Shown: one piece after another, positions 1-13,729 of the stretch | Position numbering within the stretch: the stretch's first letter is position 1 | Layout of the letters: the number at the start of each line of letters is the position of its first letter | NCBI GenBank assembly: GCA_002269645.1 | Contig: NIVC01000029.1 | Location: 1 to 64,000, forward strand | Direction of reading: 5' to 3' | Source of the DNA: Macrostomum lignano | Lineage: Eukaryota | Length of the DNA stretch: 64,000 bases | Notes under the pieces: model-generated | What the model was told of the DNA's origin: nothing | The model's input: only the letters and a program-made list of their open reading frames with translations | Database searches by the model: none | Made by a program: the position numbers and the translations under genes

Positions 1-1010
1 TCCTCTAGAATCATCACCCTTAGAATCTCAACCCCTTAGAGTCTCAACACTCTTAGAATCTCACCCCTTAGAATCTTACCCCTTAGAATATCACCCCTAA
101 AAATTCACCCCTCCCAATCACCCCTTAGAATCTCACCCCTTAGAATCTCAACCCCTTAGAGTCTCAACACTCTTATAATCTCACCCCTTAGAATCTCGCC
201 CTTTAGAATCTCATCCTCTAGAATCTCACCCCTTAGAATCTCGCCCCTTTAGAATCTCACACTCTAGAATCTCAAACCCCTTAGAGTCTCAACACTCTTA
301 TAATCTCAGCCCCTTAGAATCTCACCCCTTAGAATCCCACCCGTTAGAATCTCGCCCCTTTAGAATCTCATCCTCTAGAATCTCACCCTTAGAATCTCAA
401 CCCCTTAGAGTCTCAACACTCTTATAATCTCAGCCCTTAGAATCTCACCCCTTAGAATCCCACCCTTAGAATCTCGCCCCTTTAGAATCTCATCCTCTAG
501 AATCTCACCCCTTAGAATCTTGCCCCTTTAGAATCTCATCTTCTAGAATCTCACCCCTTAGAATCTCAACCCCTTAGAGTCTCAACACTCTTAGAATCTC
601 AGCCCTTAGAATCTCACCCCTTAGAATCCCACCCCTTAGAATCTCGCCCCTTTAGAATCTCACCCCCTTAGAATCTCAACCCCTTGAAATCTTACCCCTT
701 AGAATCTCGCCCCTTTAGAATCTCATTCTCTAGAATCTCACCCCTTAGAATCTCACACCTTTAGAATCTCACCCTTTATAATCTCATCCCTCAGAATCTC
801 ACCCTTTAGAATCTTACCCTTTATAATCTCATCCCTCAGAATCTCATCCCTAGAATCTCACACCTTAGAATCTCACACCTTAGAATCTCACCCCTTAGAA
901 TCTCACCCTTAGAATCTCACCCCTTAGAATCTCACACCTCAGAAATTTACCCTTTAGAATCTAAAACTCTTTAGAATCTCACTACTTAGAATCTCACCCA
1001 TTAGGATCTC
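1..1010. repeat. Minisatellite, ~15-bp unit (TTAGAATCTCACCCC), degenerate; runs off the window start
   Basis: Unit seen directly, repeated throughout 1-1010 with small indels. Confidence 0.95.
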
Positions 1011-1729
1011 AATCCTTTTAAGTGTTTTAAACATTCCAACTCACTCTCGGATATGAAACGGGTATTGAATCTCAAACTAAATGATTAATGTTCATTTGCT
1101 GTCCAAACTGTTCTTTTGTCAACCCACTGGCTTTTGAACTCAAACAGCACAAAGCACCTGTGACCAAGTCAGCAAAAATAATAATTATACGAAATGTTAT
1201 CGCTTTCTTTCCCTTTTTGCTTTTGCCGAGAATCCGATTTTGCATGCGTTTAATTAGAACAAAAAATGCGCTGTTCCGTCCCGCCCTCAGCTCTCTCTAG
1301 CAAACAGAACCCACCATATGGGAGTGGGGCGGCGTCCCCAGCTGACCTTCGACGTGTCGCCTTGCGAGAAACTAATTGAATTGGAACTGCCGGGACAGCT
1401 CGAAGCTCGTCGGATAAGATCGAAGCGGGAAAATTGGATAATTCCTCCATGCTGCTCTGTTGGCGGCCTGTGCTTTGTTGGTGTTTCTTAGAAATACATG
1501 TGCCGCCTCTTCTGGCAGCCAGAGCTGGATGTTCTTTTTGCCTTTCCTTGTGCTTTCTTGTGATAAACGAAAAAGGTCGTGCAGTTGCTTCAATATAATT
1601 TCTGCATTTTTCTGTTGCATTTTTAAATGTTTTCTACCGATTTTTGCGGGCCACAATATCCTAATGACAGCCATACTCTGTACTTTTCACTCTTTATTAA
1701 CTTCATTCACTTTTCTGTTCATTCCTCCG

Positions 1730-2670
1730 TCGGTCACCTTATGGCTGACTCCGTCGGTAAATCTACTATTCACTCGGTCAGTCACTCTATTATTCACTCG
1801 GTCAGTCACTCTACTATTCACTACGGCAGTCACTCTACTATTCACTACGGCAGTCACTCTACTATTCACTCCGTCAGTCACTCTACTATTCACTACGGCA
1901 GTCACTCTATTATTCACTACGGCAGTCACTCTACTATTCACTACGGCAGTCACTCTACTATTCACTCCGTCAGTCACTCTACTATTCACTCGGTCAGTCA
2001 CTCTACTATTCACTACGGCAGACACTCTATTATTCAATCGGTCAGTCACTCTACTATTCACTCCGTCAGTCACTCTACTATTCACTACGGCAGTCACTCT
2101 ATTATTCACTACGGCAGTCACTCTACTATTCACTCCGTCAGTCACTCTACTATTCACTCCGTCAGTCACTCTACTATTCACTCCGTCAGTCACTCTACTA
2201 TTCACTCCGTCAGTCACTCTACTATTCACTCCGTCGGTAAATCTACTATTCTCTCCGTCAGTCACTCTACTATTCACTCGGTCAGTCACTCTACTATTCA
2301 CTACGGCAGACACTCTATTATTCAATCGGTCAGTCACTCTACTATTCACTCCGTCAGTCACTCTACTATTCACTACGGCAGTCACTCTATTATTCACTAC
2401 GGCAGTCACTCTACTATTCACTACGGCAGTCACTCTACTATTCACTCCGTCAGTCACTCTACTATTCACTCCGTCAGTCACTCTACTATTCACTCCGTCA
2501 GTCACTCTACTATTCAGTACGGCAGTCACTCTACTATTCAGTACGGCAGTCACTCTACTATTCAGTACGGCAGTCACTCTTCTATTCACTCCGGCAGTCA
2601 CTCTACTATTCACTACGACAGTCACTCTACTTTTCACTTCGGCAGTCACTCTACGATTCACTCCGGCAGT
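1730..2670. repeat. Minisatellite, 24-bp unit (CAGTCACTCTACTATTCACTCCGT / ...CACTACGG)
   Basis: Seen directly; explains the overlapping repetitive ORFs 1460..2758, 1627..2724 and 1687..2754. Confidence 0.95.
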
Positions 2671-3127
2671 CACTCGCATATTTACACAATCACTGTACTT
2701 CTCACATTTCATCAACCACTGTAGCAATCTTTCACTCTCAAAAAAACTATACAAATAAAGCCATTGAACCCCAAAAGTAAAAAGGTTTTGTGCATCGGAA
2801 ACATTTCTTGGGAGTTCTTTGACGATTTTCTTCTGTTGGGCGGCGTGGCAGATCCGACTGGGATGGCGGGGTAGATGGGGTCGTGCTTATTGGCAACAGC
2901 TGAAAGCAAGTAAGAAAGTCAGTCAGTCAGAGGCGTAGACAGTTAAAAAGACCAAGATATCGGGATCTTAGGAGCTTTAAAAGGAATTAGCATCAGGTGA
3001 CAGTTGGGGTTGGGAAAACGAAGCGATAAAAAGGAGAGGAAGCGGTCGAGAATTACTAAAAACTATCTGGATAGGAACTGAGCTTGCTAGTAAATAAGGA
3101 AGTTTCTTTAATCAATGCTTGAGCGGA

Positions 3128-3302
3128 CCATAGACTACAGAAACGTATTTGCATTTATTACCCTGTACTTGCGCCCGGCCACAGACTACAGAAACGTATT
3201 TGCATTTATTACCCTGTACTTTTGCCCGGCCATAGACTACAGAAACGTATTTGTATTGATTAGCCTGCACTTGTGCCCGGCCACAGGCTGCAGAAACGTA
3301 TT
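3128..3302. repeat. Tandem repeat, ~51-bp unit x ~3.5 (CCATAGACTACAGAAACGTATTTGCATTTATTACCCTGTACTTGCGCCCGG)
   Basis: Copies start at ~3128, 3179, 3230 and 3281. Confidence 0.9.
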
Positions 3303-3703
3303 TCTTTGTTTTAAGTTTAAAAAATTTAGTTTTAAAAGGAGAAAATATCCAATCCAGATTCTCCTTGCTTTAAAACACCATAGGACGAGCCTTTTAGGAT
3401 CAGAGAAGCGGAAGACGGGACCGAAAGGCTTAAACCCGCGAACAGCTTCCAGAAAGCAGCTGGGATGCCTCATCAGCATCAGAAATCGATTGGCTGGGTG
3501 GGTGGGAAGCCAGGGGGCTGCCTAGCAATATGGAATAGAGACATAAAAGATAAGCTTGGCGCATATGCTCGGAGAAAATAGCAAATAGAAATAGCAGACG
3601 CGAACCAACTGCTGGCATTTGCTTTTTAGATGCAGCCTTAGCCGCCCATATTTTTGGCTAGATTTTTTTGAAAATTAGATTTTTTAGATTCGTCTGCTAG
3701 AGT

Positions 3704-3889
3704 CAGTGGCGCAACCAGGGGGGGCGGGGGGGCGGTCGCCCCCCCCTTAGGCGGGGGACCGAAAAAAAATCAAAGGGGGACCAAGCGAATTTTCGCCAAA
3801 AACAGAGCCACCCCTCCGCCGCCCCCCCTCCCGGGACTTTACCCTCAGAATCCGCCTCCCCCCTTGAAAAATTTCTGGTTGCGCTACTG
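3704..3889. mobile_element. hAT-type MITE, 186 bp, 15-bp TIRs, 8-bp TSD
   Basis: Left TIR CAGTGGCGCAACCAG 3704-3718; right CTGGTTGCGCTACTG 3875-3889 (1 mismatch); GCTAGAGT duplicated at 3696-3703 and 3890-3897. An 8-bp TSD with CAG termini is typical of hAT. Confidence 0.85.
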
Positions 3890-4089
3890 GCTAGAGTTAG
3901 AGGGGACACAGTTCTTGGCAATTCTCTGTCCTGGTGAACTCGTTTGGCTGAAAGTACACAACTAGAAAGGAAGAAAGTTGAAAGTACTAAATGTACTTAA
4001 AAATATGAGACAGCGTTGACAGTTTGAGTAGAGAGTGGGGGAGAGGAGAAGATGTAAGAGAGTAGAGAGCGTAAGAGAATAAAGAGCGG

Positions 4090-5720
4090 GGAGAGTAGAG
4101 AGCAGGGAGAATAAACAGAGGAGAGAGTAGGCAGTGGAGAGAGTAGGCAGAGGAGAGAGTAGGCAGAGGAGAGAGTAGGCAGAGGAGAGAGTAGGCAGAG
4201 GAGAGAGTAGGCAGAGGAGAGAGTAGGCAGTGGAGAGAGTAGGCAGAGGAGAGAGTAGGCAGAGGAGAGAGTAGGCAGAGGAGAGAGTAGGCAGAGGAGA
4301 GAGTAGGCAGAGGAGAGAGTAGGCAGAGGAGAGAGTAGGCAGAGGAGAGAGTAGACAGAGGAGAGAGTAGGCAGAGGAGAGAGTAGGCAGTGGAGAGAGT
4401 AGGCAGAGGAGAGAGTAGGCAGTGGAGAGAGTAGGCAGTGGAGAGAGTAGGCAGTGGAGAGAGTAGGCAGAGGAGAGAGTAGGCACTGGAGAGAGTAGGC
4501 AGTGGAGAGAGTAGGCAGTGGAGAGAGTAGGCAGTGGAGAGAGTAGGCAGAGGAGAGAGTAGGCAGAGGAGAGAGTAGGCAGTGGAGAGAGTAGGCAGTG
4601 GAGAGAGTAGGCAGTGGAGAGAGTAGGCACTGGAGAGAGTAGAGAGCGGGGAGAATAAACAGAGGAGAGAGTAGGCAGAGGAGAGAGTAGGCAGAGGAGA
4701 GAGTAAGCAGAAGAGAGAGTAAGCAGAGGAGAGAGTAGGCAGAGGAGAGAGTAAGCAGAAGAGAAAGTAGGCAGAGGAGAGAGTAGGCAGTGGAGAGAGT
4801 AGGCAGAAGAGAGAGTAAGCAGAAGAGAGAGTAAGCAGAGGAGAGAGTAGGCAGAGGAGAGAGTAGGCAGAGGAGAGAGTAGGCAGTGGAGAGAGTAGGC
4901 AGTGGAGAGAGTAGGCAGAGGAGAGAGTAGGCAGAGGAGAGAGTAGGCAGTGGAGAGAGTAGGCAGTGGAGAGAGTAGGCAGAGGAGAGAGTAGGCAGAG
5001 GAGAGAGTAGGCAGTGGAGAGAGTAGGCAGAGGAGAGAGTAGGCAGAGGAGAGAGTAGGCAGAGGAGAGAGTAGGCAGAGGAGAGAGTAGGCAGAGGAGA
5101 GAGTAGGCAGTGGAGAGAGTAGGCAGAGGAGAGAGTAGGCAGTGGAGAGAGTAGGCAGTGGAGAGAGTAGGCAGTGGAGAGAGTAGGCAGAGGAGAGAGT
5201 AGGCACTGGAGAGAGTAGGCAGTGGAGAGAGTAGGCAGTGGAGAGAGTAGGCAGTGGAGAGAGTAGGCAGAGGAGAGAGTAGGCAGAGGAGAGAGTAGGC
5301 AGTGGAGAGAGTAGGCAGTGGAGAGAGTAGGCAGTGGAGAGAGTAGGCACTGGAGAGAGTAGGCAGAAGAGAGAGTAAGCAGAAGAGAGAGTAAGCAGAG
5401 GAGAGAGTAGGCAGAGGAGAGAGTAGGCAGAGGAGAGAGTAGGCAGTGGAGAGAGTAGGCAGTGGAGAGAGTAGGCAGAGGAGAGAGTAGGCAGAGGAGA
5501 GAGTAGGCAGTGGAGAGAGTAGGCAGTGGAGAGAGTAGGCAGAGGAGAGAGTAGGCAGAGGAGAGAGTAGGCAGAGGAGAGAGTAGGCAGTGGAGAGAGT
5601 AGGCAGGGGAGAGAGTAGGCAGAGGAGAGAGTAGGCAGTGGAGAGAGTAGGCAGGGGAGAGAGTAGGCAGAGGAGAGAGTAGGCAGTGGAGAGAGTAGAG
5701 AGCGGGGAGAGTGGAGAGCG
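4090..5720. repeat. Purine-rich minisatellite, 16-bp unit (GCAGAGGAGAGAGTAG / GCAGTGGAGAGAGTAG)
   Basis: About 100 units seen directly; rare GCACTGG variants recur 720 bp apart. Confidence 0.97.
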
Positions 5721-6130
5721 GAGGAGAGCAGAGAGTGGGAAGCATACAGAGTAGGCTTTTCATCAATCTGTAACACAATACAGCTATAGATATGCATCAG
5801 TTGTTAAAGCTCGCATCAGTTCAGTGGAAATTTGACGCACTGAATCAATACGATCGGATATGGGATAGGTTAGTTCCGGTTCATTTTCGGAAGTCTTCGG
5901 TTGAAACAATGCTAGACGTCTAAAAAACTGATAGTAACTTTACCCTCAGAATAGTATATATAAGACATATCACATAAGATACATCATGTTGCTCAGTAGT
6001 TAGAGAAATCCCATATCACTTTTCCTCTTGTCTGTCTAATAAGTAATTAAATACTTATCTTACTCTGTCATTGAAATTTAAGAAGTCAATAATAAAGTTA
6101 AACTGGGTGTTACTTTAAAGATTTAACTAG

Positions 6131-7200
6131 ATAGATCACTCGCTATGGATCACTTGCTATAGATCTGTCGCTATAGATCACTCGCTATAGATCTGTCGCT
6201 ATAGATCACTCGCTATAGATCACTCGCTATGGATCACTTGCTATAGATCACTCGCTATAGATCTGTCGCTATAGATCACTCGCTATCGATCACTCGCTAT
6301 AGATCACTCGGTATAGATCACTCGCTATAGATCACTCGCTATAGATCACTCGCTATAGATCTGTCGCTATAGATCACTCGCTATAGATCTGTCGCTATAG
6401 ATCACTCGCTATCGATCACTTGCTATAGATCTGTCGCTATAGATCTGTCGCTATAGATCACTCGCTATAGATCACTCGCTATAGATCACTCGCTATAGAT
6501 CACTCGCTATAGATCTGTCGCTATAGATCACTCGCTATAGATCACTCGCTATGGATCACTTGCTATAGATCTGTCGCTATAGATCACTCGCTATAGATCT
6601 GTCGCTATAGATCACTCGCTATCGATCACTCGCTATAGATCACTCGGTATAGATCACTCGCTATAGATCACTCGCTATAGATCACTCGCTATAGATCTGT
6701 CGCTATAGATCACTCGCTATAGATCTGTCGCTATAGATCACTCGCTATCGATCACTTGCTATAGATCTGTCGCTATAGATCTGTCGCTATAGATCACTCG
6801 CTATAGATCACTCGCTATAGATCACTCGCTATAGATCACTCGCTATAGATCTGTCGCTATAGATCACTCGCTATAGATCACTCGCTATAGATCTGTCGCT
6901 ATAGATCACTCGCTATAGATCACTCGCTATGGATCACTTGCTATAGATCTGTCGCTATAGATCACTCGCTATAGATCTGTCGCTATAGATCACTCGCTAT
7001 CGATCACTCGCTATAGATCACTCGGTATAGATCACTCGCTATAGATCACTCGCTATAGATCACTCGCTATAGATCTGTCGCTATAGATCACTCGCTATAG
7101 ATCTGTCGCTATAGATCACTCGCTATCGATCACTTGCTATAGATCTGTCGCTATAGATCTGTCGCTATAGATCACTCGCTATAGATCACTCGCTATAGAT
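6131..7200. repeat. Minisatellite, 14-bp unit (ATAGATCACTCGCT / ATAGATCTGTCGCT) with higher-order structure
   Basis: Seen directly; a diagnostic variant recurs at 6311, 6647 and 7025. Confidence 0.97.
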
Positions 7201-8324
7201 CCAAGCAATTCCTAATCCATCTGCTAGTTTTACAGCATCACTCTATTAAAAAGCAAGACTCACTTTCTGTTTCCCACCCCCAAGTCTCTCCGCTAGACAG
7301 CAGTGCACTGGCATCCACACCCAATACACCGTACTACCGTACCCCCCGCTCAGTCATACCTGAGGAGGTTTCTTTTAGCAATACTCATCATTTCACTTTC
7401 CCCGCTTGCCTATCAGTTAGGGTTATAATAGGCTTTCCGTTTTCTGATTGGTCGCAGTGAAATCTAGGCCAATAGCAGAGCTTTTTGTAGAGAGGGAGAC
7501 ACAGAAGAGACGCACAGGGAGCAAGAACGTATATCCCTAAAATAGAGGGTTTGGTGGTTGAGACTGACGTATTCCCAGGCCGCGGGAGGACAGAGCTTAG
7601 GGAATTACAGAGGGAGAGAGAAGAGCCTCGACTTGCAAAGTATTCGTGAGCCTTAGCCTAGTTTTTTATTATAAAGCAACTGGTATTACGAAGGTGCCAC
7701 GCCCCTACACAGCATCTCTATAGGTTAATCAGTATCTCCATTTAAAAAGAGAAGTCACAAAAAACAAGGAGATTAAGGTAAGACTTGATTAACCTTTGCT
7801 CAATAACGACAAGAACTCGATATGTAACTTTTTCGAATTCTCGAGTCTCGAATATTAGAGAACTTGTAAAAAAAGTCTCAAAGAATTCTCACACTAGTTC
7901 TCAGGTACCTGCTAAGGGGTTGCCTTCAGAAAGAATAGACAGTGTGGCACCTGCCATAATTATGGGTCATAATTTATGCAACTCCCCTACAAGTCGCCAG
8001 CCTGCCTTGGAGCATTTCAATTTAATTTCACTAACACGCAACCAAGGCTGCTTGCGTATGGCACCCCCGCTGGGTTGCGACAAGAAGACGATATTTAATC
8101 AAATCAAGTGGGATGGGACCAACCGCAGACACTGTCAGACAGACAGGCAGACTGACAGGCAGACAGACAGACAGACAGAATAAGAAATTCACCCAACAAG
8201 AACCCTTGCAGATTTAAGTTAGTCTCCTATTTCTATTGCAATAAATTTTACTTTTAGTCTCAATAACACTTTTTTATAAAACTAGTCAGATGACAGATAT
8301 CCAAAGCAAGGTTTTTCAGTTTTG

Positions 8325-8962
8325 GCATCTCTAACATACTCAGGTACCTTCAGTTCTGACATCTCTAACATACTCAGGTACCTTCAGTTCTGACATCTCT
8401 AACCTGCTCAGGTACCTTCAGTTCTGACATCTCTAACCTGCTCAGGTACCTTCACTTCTGACATCTCTAACCTACTCAGGTACCTTCAGTTCTGACATCT
8501 CTAACCTACTCAGGTACCTTCAGTTCTGACATCTCTAACCTACTCAGGTACCTTCAGTTCTGACATCTCTAACCTACTCAGGTACCTTCAGTTTTGACAT
8601 CTCTAACCTGCTCAGGTACCTTCACTTCTGACATCTCTAACCTACTCAGGTACCTTCAGTTCTGACATCTCTAACCTACTCAGGTACCTTCAGTCCTGAC
8701 ATCTCTAACCTACTCCGGTACCTTCAGTTCTGACATCTCTAACCTACTCAGGTACCTTCAGTTCTGACATCTCTAACCTACTCAGGTACCTTCAGTTCTG
8801 ACATCTCTAACCTACTCAGGTACCTTCAGTTCTGACATCTCTAACCTGCTCAGGTACCTTCAGTTCTGACATCTCTAACATACTCAGATACCTTCAGTTC
8901 TGACATCTCTAACATACTCAGGTACCTTCAGTCCTGACATCTCTAACCTACTCCGGTACCTT
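8325..8962. repeat. Minisatellite, 34-bp unit (CTCTAACCTACTCAGGTACCTTCAGTTCTGACAT)
   Basis: Period 34 (e.g. CAGGTACC at 8341 and 8375); about 19 copies. Confidence 0.97.
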
Positions 8963-9491
8963 CATTTCGAACTGGGTTTTATCTTAATATTAAACTTTCG
9001 CTCAACACAGCGGAGAGTATAAGCTGGTTAGGCAGAAGTCTCACCTTCAGGACTCAGTGGCGAATGAAATAAAGCGAGAGTGAAAGATTTTGTGCTCGCA
9101 GGTCGTCCACTTCCTGTAGAATCATCGGGTCTGCGGGTCTGTTCCGGCATTGCCATCCGCCAATGAATGGCGAAGTTTTGCAACGCCCGCGAGACGGGGG
9201 GAGAAGCGGCTGGGACCCTCTTCAGGGGCTGGGAGGTTGCGTGAGTTCCGCTCTCAACTGTGGCTTGGGCTGGGGTTGCGATTCTATATAGGAAACTGGG
9301 CGAGAGTGACTGCCCTGTGGGAGCATTGGGGAGAGGCAGGGGGTATTCTTGTGAATGACAATGGGAGCTTTTAGTACCATAACAATGCCATGTGGAATAG
9401 GGGAGTTGGAAGTGTAGAGTAGAGAAAGGGAAAGGAAGGTTGTGGGACACAGGGAGAAGTAGCCTAGTTAATTTGTGATAATAGCATTATG

Positions 9492-9817
<326 letters not shown>

Positions 9818-10624
9818 CTGTCTTTAATATTGCGTAATCACTCTATTACTGGCAATATCATAGGGGAATCAAGTAAGCGCGGATGTGACATTTGTCTAAT
9901 TACTCGAAATTATGAGCTTTTTGATGGTCACAGATTTTCCAAGCTTCGCACGGATGCGCAACTAAAGTAGAAAGAAGGACGCTGGATTCGATTTTTCCTA
10001 GAAATGGGCTGGTAAGAAAAGGAGCGTATATATTTGCCTTATGTAACTCTACGAATGGCGCTAAAGGGGTTTGGCCATAGACAAATTCGGTGGAAAAAAT
10101 CCGATGCCATAGACATGTGCAGAAAATCAGCAACCAATTCGGTCTAAACTGCGTTCTATTTGGGCTAGCTAACGATATAGAGCGCAAAAAAGGTATACTA
10201 CACTCCAGCAGTCCATGCCTGCTCCTTGATAGATTGATAATTCCATAGCAACTGACTCATTAGCACAGCGTGGACAATATCGCACATTCATCCAGTTGGA
10301 TACGTCTACAGTCGAACAATGCAAACAAGAAAGAGTTGCAGCAGTATATCGTAAGCAAGCAGAAGGAAAGAATAAGCTAATGGAAAAAATCGACACTTAC
10401 TTTTATTAGCTGAAAAGTGACTCATGCTAGCTGCTGAACTTGGAGCCAAACCTGCTTGCTGGACGACCAATTGCTATTGCAGACATTGCAGCTTAGGCAT
10501 GGCTCTGCAGATGGATGAGTGGGCTGGGTATATTGGCTGGCGTTCCAATTTCTACGCATGTAGCCATGGGCGTGCCTAGTTGTGATTTTACCGACTGTAT
10601 CTTTCAAGGTATCATGTCTGCGTT

Positions 10625-11150
10625 CTTTAGTGTCTTATTAGTACCACAATATGTCTTTCTTTGGTGTCTTATTAGTACCACAATATGTCTTTCTTTGGTG
10701 TCTTATTAGTACCACAATATGTCTTTCTTTGGTGTCTTATTAGTACCACAATGTGTCTTCCTTTAGTGTCTTATTAGTACCACAATATGTCTTTCTTGGT
10801 GTCTTATTAGTACCACAATATGTCTTTCTTTGGTGTCTTATTAGTACCACAATATGTCTTTCTTTGGTGTCTTATTAGTACCACAATATGTCTTTCTTTG
10901 GTGTCTTACTAGTACCACAATATGTCTTTCTTTAGTGTCTTATTAGTACCACAATGTGTCTTCCTTTAGTGTCTTATTAGTACCACAATATGTCTTTCTT
11001 TGGTGTCTTATTAGTATCACAATGTCTTCTTTAGTCTTATTAGTATCACAATGTCTTCTTTAGAGTCTTATTAGTATCACAATGTCTTCTTTAGAGTCTT
11101 ATTAGTACCACAATATGTCTTCTTTAGAGTCTTATTAGTATCACAATGTC
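10625..11150. repeat. Minisatellite, ~34-bp unit (GTGTCTTATTAGTACCACAATATGTCTTTCTTTG), decaying rightwards
   Basis: Period 34 (10630, 10664, ...). Confidence 0.95.
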
Positions 11151-12464
11151 TGTCTTCTTGGGATGTCTTATCAGAATCGTGAATGTTCCAAAATCTCTGC
11201 ACGACTGTCCCTCCATGGACCCTGGCGGTTGAAAAAGTCGGAATTCGTCATGGAATTTGTTATTCTATTAAGAAATTTCAAGTGCCATTAGTCCTACTGT
11301 TTATAGGACCTAAAAATCTGCACAACTATCAGTCAAACAAATCTATATTCAAGCTCCGTATTTTCTCACGAAGTCTTTCACTTTATAATATTTAACCCGT
11401 GGCTATTAATATATATATTATTTATTTATCTTTGTCCAACTCCCAAAGAGGATATGAAGGATAGAATAATTAATTAATAGTTAATGGGATATGCTGACTA
11501 AGAGAGAGAGAGAGTGTGTGTGTGTCTGTGGGAGATGGACATGGCATCGTTAATTGCTGATGATAAATTGTCCAGGCAGGTACAAACACACACACACAGA
11601 ATAAGTGACTGCAACAGTTCCAGCCTGATACTAGATTAGTGGTTTTTGTTCACTCATATTTGTGGACTTAAGCTAAACCAACAGCTTATATTGGTGTGTA
11701 ATGTAGAAATAATGACCCCCATAAGCCACCAGTTCGTGTGTACACACACAGCGCACACGAAACTGTTTTTTTACCCTCGTGCGCTGTCTTAAGGACCGCG
11801 CGGGATATTTCAGAAGCAGCAGCAACAGTCAGCTTTTGTCCCCGGAATTTCTTCTCCTCTCTTCCGCAAGAAGTGAAAAGGTTAGATACATAGATATACA
11901 GGAAGCTATGCCAGTCTACAACTGAGGAAACATTTTTAACCCCCTATAGCGTAGTGCAGAATGACAACCATAAGTTTACACAAGTTGTGTGTCAGTAAAT
12001 GTGTCAAAGCTTTCTGTGTGTGTAGCCAGCAGCCCTCTCTGTGTGAAGGCGGCTATGACAGGGTAAATCACATCACTATGACAGGGGGATTTTGTTATTC
12101 TCTGCTTCTAAGCTCTAGCAATATCGAGGAGTGGAAAAGAGGGCGAGACTATAGGGAAAATTATCCCCAACCCCTAGGATTCAACTTTTCTTCGCCGTTT
12201 TTTTAAACAAAAAAGCATAATCGCAATCTTGAAAAGCTTTTTCGAGGCTTGAGACAAGCAATATCCTGCTAGGGTCTCAGTTAATCTATATCCGAATTTT
12301 AATCCCTTTCACAAACTATTAAATATAAATATAGTAATCTACGTCAGGGGATATTGCTAATACAAATTATAATCATAAACCAGTGAACTGGTAGTCTAAA
12401 ATATATATAACTAGGCGTCGCTACCTGGGGGACCCGTTACATAAATAAAAAAATTGCATCACGG

Positions 12465-12876
12465 CGCTAAAACGAGTGCCCGCGGCGCCAAAATGAGTGT
12501 CTGTGGCGCTAAAACGAGTGCCTGCGGTGCCAAAATGAGTTCCTGCGGCGCCAAAATGAGTGCCTGCAGTGCCAAAATGAGTGCCTGCAGTGCCAAAATG
12601 AGTGCCTGCAGTGCCAAAATGAGTGCCTGCAGTGCCAAAATGAGTGCCTGCAGTGCCAAAATGAGTGCCTGCAGTGCCAAAATGAGTGCCTGCAGTGCCA
12701 AAATGAGTGCCTGCAGTGCCAAAATGAGTGCCTGCAGTGCCAAAATGAGTGCCTGCAGTGCCAAAATGAGTGCCTGCAGTGCCAAAATGAGTGCCTGTAG
12801 TGCTAAAATGAGTGCCTGCAGTGCCAAAATGAGTGCCTGCAGTGCCAAAATGAGTGCCTGCAGTGCCAAAATGAGT
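12465..12876. repeat. Minisatellite, 21-bp unit (GCCAAAATGAGTGCCTGCAGT)
   Basis: Seen directly; explains the AKMSACS and LILALQA ORFs. Confidence 0.97.
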
Positions 12877-13729
12877 AGAAGTACTAACAACACTGATTCT
12901 AAAACTGATACAGGCATTTTTCGCTCAGAATAGTTAGTTTTGTCCCCAGATATTGTCAGAAATTCATAAAATCCATGGCGACACCCACAACCTCAGTGTA
13001 AATTGTCTTCCCCCACAGGTGTGAAAACAAAGGGATCATTTATTCGTATTAATAATCGATACAATAGTACAAAACCGTCAGGCCCTGATAGTGAAATCGA
13101 TTATAAAGACAGGTTAGCCAGGTACGACAGGCAGGATAAGTGAAAGTGACTCAGTGTACAGAGGCATTAGACACTATCAGAGCGACACGAAGTACTCAAG
13201 CCGCTCAAGAGAAGAAATTGCATCAATGTACGGAGCGCTTCAAACTGTACAGTCACATTATATGATTGAATTAAAAGCAGCAAGGCAGGGATCTAAGGGG
13301 GAGAGCGACAGAAGACAGAGACGGAAAGACAGCTTTAATTGAGAGGGCTTAGAACCTGCAGGCAGTGCGGTGGGTGGTTAAGCCACATTACTGACTGACA
13401 GGGAGAAGAGAAAGAGAGAGGGAAAGGGAGAGAGAGAGAAGAGACTAGAAAAAAAGATTTAGAATGATTGACATGTACGAGTAAATTGAGCGAGGCAGAT
13501 GAACTGCTGACACTATGAAAGTGGGCTTGGAGACAGATGGGCAGGGCCAAGCCTATAGTTTGTTTTTTCTGTGTGGACAGCCAGAGTGTTAGGGCAGATT
13601 CCTAAATATAGAAGGAAGTTATTAGGGCTTTTTGTTCTCTGGCACCCGAAGATTTTGACTTTTTTATGACCGCCATTGAGTTGGGACTCGCTTTCACTTT
13701 ATAAAGTGCCAGTGGGTGCAAAAATATGT

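Noticed and set aside
1460-2758. Long ORFs (His/Ser-rich, TLLF and SRVT repeats)
   Set aside because: They are translations of the 24-bp minisatellite, open in three frames; no signal or domain.
3962-5797. 611-aa and 593-aa Leu/Ser/Cys-rich ORFs
   Set aside because: Stop-free frames of the 16-bp repeat.
10169-10607. Short Cys-containing ORFs (CLHC...CPRC; CLSCNVC)
   Set aside because: Short, no convincing exon chain; CxxC spacing can arise by chance.
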